64,000 nucleotides of DNA from Acanthaster planci. Its lineage: Eukaryota. The translations under genes and the position numbers were made by a program. This document shows, one piece after another, positions 25,201-39,300 of this stretch (positions are counted from its first letter, which is position 1; the number at the start of each line of letters is the position of its first letter). The notes beneath the pieces were generated by a model. That model was not told where the DNA came from. It saw only the letters and a list, made by a program, of their open reading frames with translations, and made no database searches. The DNA is taken from contig NW_019091358.1 in assembly GCF_001949145.1 (NCBI RefSeq), positions 4,000,238-4,064,237 on the forward strand, in the 5' to 3' direction.

Positions 25201-27200
25201 AAGCACTGCAACGAACAAATCTTGATAAATCATGCCAGAGTTCAGTTTCACAGATGAGGCACAGCTTCACTCGATCATCGAAATTTGAGGCTGCAAGCCT
25301 TTCCCAAACCACAAAATGGTAACCAAAGTAACACGCCTCACACACGATATGCTACAAAAAATTCTATCCCAGGCCATAGAAAAGTGAAGGACGGAACAAA
25401 CATGGGAAAACAGGAAAAGTATGGCTTGCACAATGATCTGGCTTCCTGGATTTTTGACCGTCATTGTGCAAAGAGTGCGAGAAATGTTTGCCAGAAGTTT
25501 CACCGTTGCCTTCTCGATTCGTAAAAAATCTATCAGATCAGAACGGATATGACCAGCACAAATCGAAATCTGATGGAGCTTGTCAAGGAAACAAGTCAAC
25601 GAAAAAGCAAAGGAACATCTACGAATGCCAAATTGTGCCACATAAAAAAATCCGTTGTCTACTAATTCGTTATACTAACTCGTTATTACGAACTCCTAAT
25701 TCTTAATAACAGATTCGTAATAACGGGTTAGTAATTCGTAATAACGAATTAGGCCTAGTTGACGACATATGTTTTTTTTTCTGTGGCACGATACGGCTTT
25801 CGTACTACGTACGTCAAAAGTACTACAGTGATTAAAACTTTCCGGCAGATAAGTATATTCACAACTGCAAGAACTCAATCTTTCTTTGCACAGAAATATT
25901 AAGTCACTAGCGCACAGAAGAAAACGGGACGGGGAACCCAATTCAAACGCAAATTTTAAGCTGTCGTCGTCAAAACTCAATCCACAATAAGCTCCTTAGA
26001 TTTTCAGTAGTATCGTTTGTCCTGCAAACACAGATTATAACGTAGCTGGGTTCAACAAAAGCCCATAGCCAAAGTGTAACTGCGAACGCAACCGAAAACG
26101 TCAAGTGGGATATTTTGCGTTGCTGATTTCCAGACATTAATTTTTGGGTTCCAACTTTCGCGAATTACGTTGCAAGCGTTCTGGGAAATTGAATTCTAGT
26201 TTGCTTCTGTTCTTTCTGACATCACAGGATAGTAAAAATTGAGACCGGTCGGAGTAATGCAAAAAGAACGAGAAAATGTGACTACGCAGCAAGTAGTCGG
26301 ACTGGCCACATTACAAGACGTCAAATTCCCGTTGCATTTGCTTGAAAAAGAACTGGCCGTAAACTTTATTCTGACAAACTAATCTTTAGGCCTACACTAA
26401 TTTCGGTGAGAAGTTCACAGAGATTTTGCAGAGTCACAAACGTTCGTTTGATATGGCAAATTATGGATTTGGACACAGAAACCGACGTAAACATTATGAG
26501 ACTATTTCAACAGAGGAAGTGAGGCACACACCCCTGGGTGACAAATTCTTGGGTTCACACATCATTCCGCTTCCTCTCTCTACTTATGGAGATATATCAC
26601 TCCGCTATGATGATCTCAGTCCTAGCCCCGCCCACAACGACAAAGCTGTTGCCATCTGTGCCCACGTAGAAGAATGGAAAATAAAATGGAAAATGCTGAC
26701 GTAATTCTTGCCAGCACCATCACTGTCTCACCGAGGACTTACGCAAACAGTGTCTATTGTTCACGAAAACCCGGTTGCCTTCATAGCGTTCCTTGTTCAC
26801 CAAATTCAACACCCGCACGTACGTACATGTAAATGTCACCCAGAAAGGGTGTACTCTTGCATAAATAATGAGCTATTAAACGCACGACAAAAGTTTCTTT
26901 CACACCCTGCCGTGCTGTAGCGGGTCAGTGGATCCGTAACACGGAAAAACTTGGGCAAGGCATAGGAAAGTACTGTCGCTCGAAGAATTGACGTATCAAC
27001 CCTAGAATATTTTCCTCCTTTAACATCTATTTCAGCAGCGCCACTCTAAGACCACAGTTTCCCTTGATCTGAAGTTCTAGGACGTCCATATTGAAGCTGG
27101 AACTGGACTTAAAGCGGAATTTGAACGGCGACGAGATATAGTCCAGTTGAAGTTCTCCCTCTTTCACGAGACTTCGTAAAACCCAAGTCCCACAGCCATC
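22256..27200. promoter_or_regulatory. Divergent DUOX/DUOXA promoter and 5'UTR region
   Basis: Lies between the two outward-facing ATGs; by eye richer in CpG than the flanking introns; GGGAATTCCC at 24731-24740. Confidence 0.7.
25620..25804. mobile_element. Palindromic MITE in the intergenic promoter region
   Basis: tacgaatgccaaattgtgccacataaaaaaa versus ttttttttctgtggcacgatacggctttcgta; internal TCGTTAT/ATAACGA repeats. Confidence 0.75.
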
Positions 27201-27365
27201 ATGGGGATCCCGTACAGCGTCCTTCGGGAGAAGGGGACCCCGGCCATATATCCCCCCAACAAGACAGCAGTCACCCTGGATGTGACTGAGATGGGATTCG
27301 TCTTCGCTTTCATCTTCTTGGCGTTTTCCTTTCTCATCATTTTGCCGGGCATACGGGGCAAACAG
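27201..27365 (+). CDS. DUOXA: DUOXA exon 1
   Basis: MGIPYSVLREKGTPAIYPPNKTAVTLDVTEMGFVFAFIFLAFSFLIILPGIRGKQ; gccatcATGG start context; |gtaagt donor. Confidence 0.93.
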
Positions 27366-30300
27366 GTAAGTGACTCGTACACAATGTACATGTATTTGCA
27401 GAAGCGGTATAAACGATGCAAGGGGTGGAGTCAGGCGGGGGGGGGTTGAGTAATGGAGGAGTAATGACGGGTGTATTATCGTGTATAAAGCCAATAGACT
27501 TGGCAAAACCATCACGGAAAGAGGTCCATACACGGACATCACAAAGCGATCTCAAAAAGCCAAATTTAGCCGGGGAAATTTTACAGTTGACTTATAACGA
27601 TCTTTCCTCCTTCCCAATAAAAGAAATCTATGCAATAATTTTATGTTTCAATATTATACATTAGTTACATGCTCGTGTTTTCCAGTTTTTTTCTTATTTT
27701 ACCTTTTAACACAGTCTCAGTTGTTTGCCAACTGGGGCTACCCTGGGAAAATAATTTAAACAAATAAATAAATATACATGTGCATGCATCTACAAATTAA
27801 GAATGTGTAGGCCTACTTGAAATAATTACATTTTTGACAATTTCGCTCAGTAACTGCAGTATTCTTGCCCTCTTCTTATCTGCAGAGGTGGTTCACCTTG
27901 ATACGCTTCGTCATAGCAATGTTCATTGGAGCTGGAATACTGTGTAAGTTTCCCGTCTTTTTTTTCGTATTCAACTCTGAACGTCCTCATGGATTTTACA
28001 TGGCCACCATACTGAATCCAGCAGATTCTAGTCAAGTAAAGTTTGAAGTCTGCTTGGTTGGAAAAATAAAATCCCAGTGAGGAATTTGTACCCGCTTTCA
28101 GCAGCAACAGGCAGCCTTTGCAAATTTAAACAAATCGTTAGATTGAGCATGGTTTCAAAAATGCCTTAATTTTTTTAAAACACGGATTAACTGCTGATAA
28201 ACACACGGAAGAGGTAGCATGAGTTTGGCATAAACATTACTCGCGCATATAGACACCGTTGCAACAACTGTACTTGAAGGAACTGATATTTCTTTCTTTC
28301 TTACGAATGGTTCAGTTTTATGAAGAGATAAGGGCTATTATTTACCCTTACAGCCCACAAATCCCTCAAGAGGTGTAGAGGATTGAGGACAGTTTGGATA
28401 AAACTATTCGTGGCATACATTTTGTTTCATTTGTTAAAATGTTTTGAATCACGTAAATCTTCAGAAAGCTTAGTTAATGAGTGACTAGTTTTTCTGAAAT
28501 CTGTTTTTGTCTCAAATCTCGGTGCATCAGAATCTGCTCCCCCACTGCGGTATCCACATGAACATATGTGCATATACATTAATGAATGGCACATATATAA
28601 AACAATTAAGCTAGTCGATTGCCAATATAAATCCAGGATATTGGAATGCGTACATGAATATGTGCCATATTATTATCACAAGGCAGTACTTTCACCAGAT
28701 CAAACACTGTAGGCATAAACCGGATCCAGGATCTCACGGAAAATTTACTCATGACCTCACTGAAAATTTGCTTATTTATGATAAGGGATGTTTTGACAAA
28801 ACACAGATTTTTGTTGAAAAAGCTGACAAGATCTAGAATACATATGAAAAGAGGGAGATGAGAATACCCGCTATCTGCTGAAATAAGAAAGTAGGATACC
28901 TACGATATAGTAAGATAACTCTTGATTGTCAATTTATATTGGGAGATTTTATTTAAATTTAACTTTTGGTGGGGTTAAATATCAGAAACTGTAAATATCA
29001 ATGATATTTGGGGGATTTGAAGTTGGTTTCTTTGGTTTAAAATGCAGAGACAGTACCCTCTGGTCATTTTAAATTATCTCAAAAATTACACAAAGAACAG
29101 GGGAAAAACGATGGTGGAAACTACCTGTCAGACTTTTCTTCTCCATTGCTGCATTGAAAAACCACAAGTTTCCCTTAAAATTAAATCTTTACTATAATTT
29201 TATTTATGTAGGTAGCAGTGACAGGGAAGATACTGACTTGCAAAAAAAATAACAGTGGTTGCTTGTGTCTTTTTAATGCCATCAAAGTAATCACACCAAA
29301 TTTGCCTTTTAATTCTTAATTTCCCAACATGTGCATTGTCAGGATTTTTCAGAAGGGGGGGGCAGGGGTAACACATATTGGCAGTAAACTTACAAACCCT
29401 TGATGGCAGGAGGGGGGCCATATTGAGGTATTTTCAAGCAAATTGGACTTTTATCCCCTTTCGTCCATTTTCACTTTCTTCCTCTTTTTATTTATCTTTT
29501 TTCTACAAGGGTTCCCCCTTTCCCCATTCTCAAGACACCCCTGCTCCTCTAACAATCTTGCTTAGAGCCTTCCTCTTCAATCTTCTACTATGAAGAGAAT
29601 CAAAGGCACATGCTTACCTTCCTGGGGCCATCAAGCCCATGAATACTGTAGTTTAAGTTAATGAACTCTACCTTCACCAATCCTACAAGATCTTACATAT
29701 CTCCAAAGTCTGTAGGCTCAGTGGGGGTTTTGAGTTAATGTTGCGTTTCCTGAGTGACACTGCTGACTGAGAGAGATGCAAAGAAATGTATTAATTCAGT
29801 ACACAGCATGTCTGCTGTGACATATAATAAAAACAAAGAGTGCTGTACATGTACATGATCATCCAAAAGCCTGACTTGGAGAACTTACCCTTTTGACCTG
29901 ACATAGTGTCTGCCTGGGGCCAGGAATGGGAGAAAGCTGAGATCCACGAAACACACACTGCATACAAGGCATTCTACAGTGAAGAGATAGTGGCAGACAT
30001 TGGTGTCAAGATTGGACTCAACAGCGTCAACATCACCCTCAAAGGTAATCACGATAACTTTTTCAATCGCATTCCTCATCTGTGTCATAAATTGTGATCT
30101 GTTGACTACATGAAAAATGGTACCAGAGTCATTTGTGACAGGAGTGTGTTCCAAGCCACCCTTTCAATATTTACAAATGTGGCTTACAATGTGAGGTATG
30201 CTGTACAGTTATTCGCTTAAACCATTCACCTCAGCAGACAAGTATAGTAATGAAATTATATATTTTTTTGCTGTCATTTCTGTTCCCAAGTTCCTAAAAT

Positions 30301-33300
30301 AAAGTTTCCCTTGCTTACAGTTTAATATTGCCATCATGCCAATAAAGTCTGCTCAACAGATAAGTGATCAATCTGTTAATTCCCAAAAATATTGAAAGAA
30401 AAAGTGAAATTACCTAAAAAATGGTCTTGAAAACTGCAATTTTATGAATCACTTTTAAAGCATCCATCAGGAACATTGCAAGAGTGTAAATTTCTTTTCA
30501 CTTTTTAAGTATCTGAGGAAAGAATTCCACATATGGACTCCACTTATTTTTCCCTACAGTCACCTTTTAACCATCTGAAAGCATAAACATGTCCTAAAAA
30601 GTCCAATTAATTAATTTAAGCAGAGAAAACATGAAGGTATTCACTTAGAAAACACTTCAAATTTTTAGACCAGCCTCATAAGGTTTGTGTACAGGGTGCA
30701 AAGCAGCATACATGTACGTAAATGTAATTCTGTTCCAACTGAAAAAATTCTTCAATTTGAGATAAGATTGATAGCCTACACCCTATAGAAACAATCCATC
30801 TTAATTTTTGTGCTTCTTGGGAATTTTCTAATTGTCTGTCAAACTTGGGCTCCTTCATTTTGTCATTACCAATGTCATTAACACGTAGATCTTGCACAAG
30901 GGAGCATCTAGTTTCTTAGCTTTGATGAGATAGCTGTGGATTCCTGAATTAGAAAACAACTGAGAAAATGGAAACAATGGGGAAATAGAAAATCAGTTAA
31001 TGCAGATAGCCTGCAATAGTATACAAAAACCTGTTTTTCCCCAGTAACCCCATCAAAACCCAATGAGGTCAGTTCTACACCAAAGGTGGACATATCTCAC
31101 TCTGCAGTAGAGCTTGTATTATCGAGTAATAATAAAACTTTCAAAACGAGAAAGAGAAACTGTAGGTACTACTAACAAAATAAATAAAAACCAACAAAAC
31201 CAAAATGCATTTTCCCTTTATGAAGCACAAATATTGAGCTCGGTTGCAGAATGGCACATTTCCAGCTCCTATACAGAATTGACTGTTATCAGTTTCACAG
31301 AGAACTTCCTCTCTTGAAAAACATGAAGACAACAAGCTCGTCTTGGAAGAATATAGGACACAAATATGTACAGTTGCTCTGAAGACGAAAAAGGACAGTT
31401 TGAAGAATGGAATTCATGAAGCCCACTTGAAAATAAATAATATGCCAAACGAGGAAAGACTAAAGTACAACTGACATAGACAAGAGCACAGTTAATACAG
31501 GGTCAAATTTATAACAAAGGCCACTTTAGCTCCCAAGTCTTTTTTCTTCTGCTTTCCATTAATGATAATACATGTACAAGGTAACTATTGTTGTTGTTAA
31601 CAGAGTTCCACTCGTCAGAATCTTTGTGATGTGCATTTGTGGGTGTTTTGTTTCTAAAAGAAATATTACAATATAATGTTCAGCAAAGTACATTGCCCTT
31701 TTGAGTAAAAATCTACATCCAATTCATTTAAACCCACACTGGGATTCTCAGGCATTCTCAACGATTTAGGACTGTTTAAAAGCAGCCACTTATGCAATGC
31801 ACAATGTGAGACTGGATTAGAGCATTAAGCCCTATGTGGCTTAATCTTCTTGGTGCACACGTTGCTTGTCGGTCCATCATGAGTGTCAAGTATTCAGACT
31901 ACAACAGCTGAATGCCGTCCGCCCTAAGCATTCAATGAAAAAACTGCAGATTTATGAAACCCCAGCTGTGTCTGAAACTCTGAATTACTTGGCTGTAGTT
32001 GCCTCCAGTTACCATAGAGTCGTGTATAATTTCAAGCCGCTGCAAGCGATTTGGACACGACTTTGGCCTTTGCTCCTCTGTTTGTCTTTTTTTTCAATGG
32101 GGTGGTTGTAGTATCCCGATTAATTTTTACCCTGCCCTCCAAATAAATTTTGATCCCATCTGACTACCTTTTCTTATGAAACAGCGACTGGAATTCTTGG
32201 TTTTTTCTCATTTGCAGCTCCAGATGGGAACATTACCACACACCCTGATGAGAAAATTAACTATAATGAGCGCTTTAACTTCTGGGGTGGCCAGGGGCGC
32301 CGAGGATTTGGACGTTTTGGTAAGTGCTAGACTCCAATTCTCTTTCTGATTGATTTTTCATGTGTACAGATCATGCAAACAGGCTATGAAATGTTCCCCG
32401 TCTATTAAAAGGAAACATGTGCTTGAATTCTTTTGCCTTGTCACCCATTCATCATAAAGAAATCAGATCCTTTGCAAAGATGAATTCAACCAGACTTTAT
32501 TTTTTGGTTTGACCTGCCTTGTTTGATCTGTTCACAAAACTTGTGAAATAGGTTTAGTTCCAATGCCAGTAGTTAAAGGATGGCAAGTAGTTGGCAGCAA
32601 TTCAGTATTTCCATTCATTCCTGATACATGTAAATGAAAAACTACATGTACATGTAAATGCACATCAGAAATGTCCCTGCTGTGAATACAACTGTGTCTT
32701 GTTCTGCTATTGTAGTCATTATTTGAGGTGTATCAAAGGGCTTTTGCTGGCGCTTTTTATAAAAGTGTATCTAATGAATCCTGAAAATTTCTGACTTCGT
32801 GCAGCAACATTTACCTGGCCTGCATTGGCAAGGTATGAATAACAGATGATTTTACATCAGAGAATCTGAGTCAAACGATAAAAATGCAAACACCAGGCTG
32901 ATAATTGATCTTACTCCTTACAACCTAATCCTAAACTGAGAGTTGGCAGCACACTAGTCTGAAATTTGGGAGTTTCTTTAAGATTTCAAAAATAAATTCA
33001 GACAAGGGTAAGAATATGGGACAAGGCAGTTTGGGTTGTATGATGCCACCCTTCCCCCTCCTGCAAGTACAAGCTCTGGCACAACGCATGAATTGCACTC
33101 CTGTATGACAGCTGGCCGCATCAACCGTGAGTTCCGCGAGGCTCAGTGGTCAGGCAAGCCACTCCCCATCCTGTGGATTGCCGAGTACTTCGCACTCGAC
33201 GGTGAGGGCATCCGCTGGGGGCGTACCTACCGAACTGCTGGTTTCTACGCATGGATCATGATCTGGTGAGTGCATCCAGTAAAAATCTGAAGATCAGTCA

Positions 33301-36300
33301 TTCTGGTTGCCTGTTTTGTGAGTGGGAAAAAAAGGGTTTCACACAAGTTTCAACTTGGTGATCCAAAGTCACTTCATTTGTAATATATTTAAAATGGAAA
33401 CAATTTGAGAATGTCTAGGTTTTAGAACTAAAAGGGTTAAAATGTCTTACCGCCCCTTTCTTGTCCCTGCAGGACCGCCTTCCCTCTTTGGATTCTGGCC
33501 ATGGCTCTTAGCTTCATGGTTCTCCGCTACTGTGGGTATTTCCTGATGATGACCGGCGGTTTCCTGTGGCTAGGAAACATCATGTGGGCTACGGTCCGCT
33601 TCGGCATAGAATTAAAGATACCTTTCAGCACAGAGAAGATCCTCATCTTCTCATACGGTCCAACTTTCTACCTGTGCTTCATTGCTGGTGAGCATCTTTG
33701 TTGTTGATCTTCAGACATTGTACACCTGGAGATAGGTCTGGAGTTTGCCTTAAAATGTCTCAAACATGATTACCTGTAGTTTTTACTGGGTGCATCATAA
33801 GGTCTAAGTGTTTTAGTGTAAATGGAATAGATGATCACATCATAGTGATGTCATTATAACACAAAAGTTAAACTAAACATATACGCACTGTTCACAATGA
33901 GCGGGCAGAACACTTCCTCTTTTGGGGGAAGGACTGAAATTCTTGTACTCCATAAATGAGAAATGGCATAAGTAATGAATCATACAGCAAGACATTGTGA
34001 AACAGACCCCAGGAGTTGACTTTAAAATCTGTTTTGTTTTTCTAATTCAGGTCTGGTTGCTGTTGTGAGTGGTTTCATTGTCTTCATCATGGACATTCGT
34101 TTTCCCAATGAGTTAACCACTTTCTTTAATGTGGACCCTCTGGCCGATTATGAGGAAACCTTTGTGTATGACAAAGGCACTGGTGCCAGGAACGGTGCAT
34201 CCAACGGCGGCCCTGCTGAAAGTGAAACGGTTAGTAAAACCAGCTTGTTAGTAGTCTTGGGCTGAAGGGAATGACTGTTAAACAAATTCAAACACACTGA
34301 AATGCAAAACAGGGCAGAGGGACTTCACATGACCTTTATCCCATCAGCTACTCTCCCCCTCTTTAATGTTATGACAAGTAATATCTTAAACTTTCTGGGT
34401 TTGTTTCTGCATTTCACCATGGCTAGTTCCATTCTTCTACAGATGTTGGTGATTATGTTTATTGCAGTGGATTTTTGGCAGTTCTCATCCCACCAATTTT
34501 TTTGCCCGATATCTTTTTACAGCCGTAACCTGGCTCTTGCCATAAACCAGATTTAAGCTTTCAATTGATCATGATCTGACTATTTGTCAGTGGGCTGCAG
34601 TAAGTTTGGTCTGAATGATTTTGTATTGTTTTGACAATAATAGTATACTTTCTTGAAGTTTTGCCACAGAGGAAAAAACTTGTACAAAGTTTGGAATTAC
34701 CTTTACATACATGTAGTTTTAAATCATAAAAAATCCTGGAACATTACTTCTATAAATAAAAGAATATTACTTGCAAGAAAAACTCGGTCCTTTCAATTTA
34801 CCCAGCTTCTGAGATGTTATGGGGATCTCATAATTGGCAAAAGTGATAAAACCCATTACCCTTTAAGGTTGTGGTAATAATATTAACAGAGTATTTAGAA
34901 AGTGCTCAGTCTCTTACAACAATATTAATCTGATGGCGCTAGTCAGAGAAAGCAAATTCCTGTTATTTTTTTAACAGGAGAACTGTTACCATGTCTCATA
35001 TGGCAGACTTTAACGCCTCCCCAAAATACATACAGTGTATATAATGGCAGTTCATGCATGCCATATTCACTTTTGTCATAGATGTGAACTTTTTCCCTTC
35101 AGTATAAGTGGGTGAATTATGAGAGGCCAGCTAGTTTTTTGCTCACAATTTCAATATGTGCACAGGTCACCGATGCAATAAGGTGTCGCCTTCGTATGGG
35201 TTTAAAATTAATCACATGTTGATCAGTTCTTTATTGGTTCTCAAAATGAGTACAGATTTAATTGTCTTTACCTCTACTTCCAACAGGAAGGCTAAGCAGT
35301 TTGGTTTGGGGGTTGAAGTTCTTTTTGGCAATTGTTTTTTTCTGGCAACTACTTCATAAAATAAGACATGACAAAAAGTGTCACTGTCAACCTTGATCAT
35401 AAAAATCAATTTTAAAAATAGATGGCATATAAAAATGTTCTAGGTTTATAGCATTGCAACCATACATTCCCCTACATACATACAGTTCCTTTCAGGCAGT
35501 CATTTATTCAACTTACGATTTTTGACATATTCACAGCTGCAGTGTACTTGGTACATTCAGGAGTGAGGACTTAGGCTAATGGGGTGTTAATGATAACAAT
35601 ACCCGAGGACCTGTACAAACCTTGTGGGGCAAGTTGAAAAAAGGTTGTAACAGAAACATTCCAAACAGTACAAGACAATTTCAGGTCCTCTGTGAGGTCT
35701 AGTAACACCTAGACTGTGTGGGTTACCCCCAGCACTATGATGGTAAAACCCAAACAAGGGATTAGAAAAAATAAATGGGTTTTTATGAGTACAGAATGTA
35801 CTGATTACTCAACAATGTCAGGGTAGAAACATTCATCTTCCAAACACGCATAAAAAGAAAAATGTTTTACACTAACCTGTCATTTTTACTAGTGTATTTT
35901 TGCCACTTTAATGTGTGAATAACATTTTTCTCCCATAGAAACCTATGGTGATGGTTTACTGATTTTCGAACTTGCTAATAGGATCATTATGCATCTCAAG
36001 GATTCCTGAGAGTCTGCAAGTTTGTTACCCTCGATGTTATCACAACCCTGGTGAATGACACCCAAGATCTAACCAACCTAATAACCCTTTTTCCCTGCAC
36101 CTTTGTTCTGTTTCCCCTCGATTTGTCCTATTTCATGTGTTAAGGTGGCCAGCAAACCGGTGTACCGCCAGCGGGCACAGTCTCGCTTTGCTGTATCCCG
36201 CCGCCGTCCCCGATCGTCGCTGGCTGAGGTGGCGGAGGAAGCAAATGGCACACATGATAATGCGTAGGTGCCCTCACCAAGGTTTCGCATGTTCTGGCCC

Positions 36301-39300
36301 ATCTGTACATCTTTTTGCATGGTCAGCTAGCTGTTAATATCACCTGGACCACGATGCATGGACTTTTTCGCTTGTGTTTACCAAACTGAATGTTGTGGTC
36401 TTCTGATGCGGACACTTTCAAGAAAAAAATCAAACCACACTAATTTTCATTGCATGTATGTCACTTAAATTGATATTGGACGTGGGAAAAAAATTAGAAA
36501 GCTTCTTGGGTGGCAGTAAACCTGTTGGCAACAAAAGACATTGTGTCAAAAGAGACATGGTCTCATACCAGCCCTTACACTAAAACTACATCGCTAAGTT
36601 TTCCTATTCTCATTTAGAAATATGCCCATTTGCATGCACAAACATTTTACTGGACTGGACTAAATACACTTTCATAACATTGAGTTTGATTTGTTTTTTT
36701 TTTACAACACTTGCCATGAATGATAATGCATGTACTGTATGATCAGCAACAGACTACCTGGCATTCATAGAATGGGGAGGGACGATTATTATTAGTGGAG
36801 ATCAAACCCAAACATGAGCTACCGGTTACTCACTACATGACTAGCAACTGGCATGCTTTGAGTTAGCATTTCATAAAGAGGAATGCCTAGCACAAAAGTG
36901 CCTAATATGTCGTGTGTCTGGGGTCAAACACACCACGGGGTTGCAGTTTGGGGTTATAGCTGTATGTCACATTGCTAGGCTACCACGGATCCCTTTGAAA
37001 TAACACAAATTCCTTTTGGTGTCTGCTGTGCAGATTGTCAGATGCCACACATTTTCAACTAAAAATATTGCCACTTTGAGGAGAGCGGGGAAAATAATTC
37101 ACAAAGTGTATACATGTATTCCCATTTTATATTCAAGATCTAAAAATGAGATTTTTGGGCTTCTTGATTTGTTTGTTGAGGTCAGTTTTTCTGCTATGCC
37201 ACTTCTGTAAAGATGCTAGATACAGAAAGACGAACATCATTATCCAATACAGAGACTAGTGCAGCATGCTGAATCATTGTCACTTCCCTTCTTTTGCTTG
37301 TTGATATTTGATCCAATCACTAACCACAACTCTTAATCTTTTGATGTTTTTATCTTTTGATAAAACGATTAGAAGATAGAAATTAGAGATTAGAAAATCT
37401 TTCTTTCTAAACTTGCATCTATTTCCATCTTTTTCATGATCAATTACTGATAAACTCATCATTCAAGTAACAATTTTAACAATGTGTATCAGAGTGGCTT
37501 TATTTTGTGAATAGTTTTTGCTTGATTGCATGACCTGTGCTTCTAACTCGATCCAAACTAAATAATGAGACTTGAATGTCAAAACCAAGGCCAGTGTTGT
37601 TTTCCTATACAATTAAACAGAATGTGAGTGCATCAGATGGAATAAAAGTTATGGCCGCCATAGCACATACAAATAAATTTTAGCTCATAATAGGAGGAAA
37701 CAAAAGGAGGAAAAACACTAGCAACAAAACTATGCACACTACATGTAATAATCAAATTGAAAGTACACCCAATGAAGTTTCATAAAACTTCTTTATATTA
37801 TATATGAAAATGAAAGTGTTGTAGGTGTAAAGTGTTTACAGCTTGACGAATTTCTCCGTTGTCAAAGATAATTCATTTTCCCCCTAACAACAGAGTTAAA
37901 CACCTCATACTGAAAAACAACTGGCTTAAGGGCGGTGGAAGGAATGAGCAGAACAAAGCCGATGCAGCCTTAATTGAACTGGAAGACTCATAGTTGAACA
38001 AACGTTTGTGAAGTTAACTTTTCATTTTCCCCCCACAGGTAGTCTCCATGCATCACTTGCTATAGTTCCAACACAAGCTGCTCCAAAACACAGACACAGC
38101 ATCACTATGAAGCTCTTAAACATTCTACATTTAACATCTGTCTTCATTAGTGTAGTAGTCAAGTCCACCACATCTAAGTCCGACTATTTCTGAGTCCAAA
38201 AAAATGCAAGACTGAAAGTCCAAGTCTGAGTCCTTTGAAGAACTAAATGTTCTCATAAATAATGAATGGGCCTGTGTTGGGTATGCACAGTGCAGACAAA
38301 TTGGGTCCTGTGTTGTGATCCATAAGTGAAGGGAAAGAAAAGGACTGGTATTTTTATGTGTTTAAAGTGCAAAAATTATAATTTAAAAATTCTCAGAATG
38401 CTTTACAAGGCCTCGAAACTACATGAACAATTACAAAATGTAGACAGATTTACCAACATACAGAGCACAAGTAAGACTTCTTGCAATGCAAGTGTTTCAC
38501 TCCCCCAAAAAGAATTTCGCAGGTTGGAAAAATGCAGAGGTACACATATTTTTAAGTTGTCCATTTATTTGCTTACATTACACTGAAAGGGTTCTGAGGA
38601 AAACAAAACCGAGTGGCCAGAGTTCAAGTTCAAAATAATGCAAGAAACTCTCAAAAGTCTGAAGGAAATGGATGTCTCAGGCACATAGCTAAGCACCAGG
38701 GACATTTGCTATTGCACATCATGTTAGCTACCACTACTGTTGTGTCAGCAACTACAAATCTGTCCTCACGTTTATTTATATTCCCAGCACGTCACATCAA
38801 TAGTAGATACAGATTTCCCTTCCATGTCCTTTCTTGCACAATTAGCCTTGCATCATCAGCTTGCCATTGTCTTGTAATTAAACAGATCATCTCCTTTGAA
38901 ACTCTCATTTTGTGTTTGCAAAAGACTATTTTCCAAACTGTTAGTCAATATACCAACAGGAATTAGTGTAATTCTGTTGGAATTGAGTTGGTTCATTTCA
39001 TTTCAATATTCATCCTAGGTCAAAGGTTTCGCTCTTCTTAATTCAAAATGCACAGTATCATCTGCTGTTTGGAATGCTATAAACTGTAAATGTGCTACAC
39101 ATAAGCACCATTCCATCAAACAAATGCACTATTGTGCTGAACATTTTCCAAGAGATTGTATGTACCATGTGATTTAAGTTGCATGCCTCGTTTTAACCAG
39201 TACTAATATTAAATCATTCGAGATTGTTGGGTTGTTCCTTTTGTTGTAGTTCCAGTTTTATAGCTCTGTGGAACTCTGTTGTAAGTAATTATATAAGTTC

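Noticed and set aside
27027..27542. 171-aa minus-strand ORF overlapping DUOXA exon 1
   Set aside because: Antisense shadow of a GC-rich exon plus intron; no recognisable domain.
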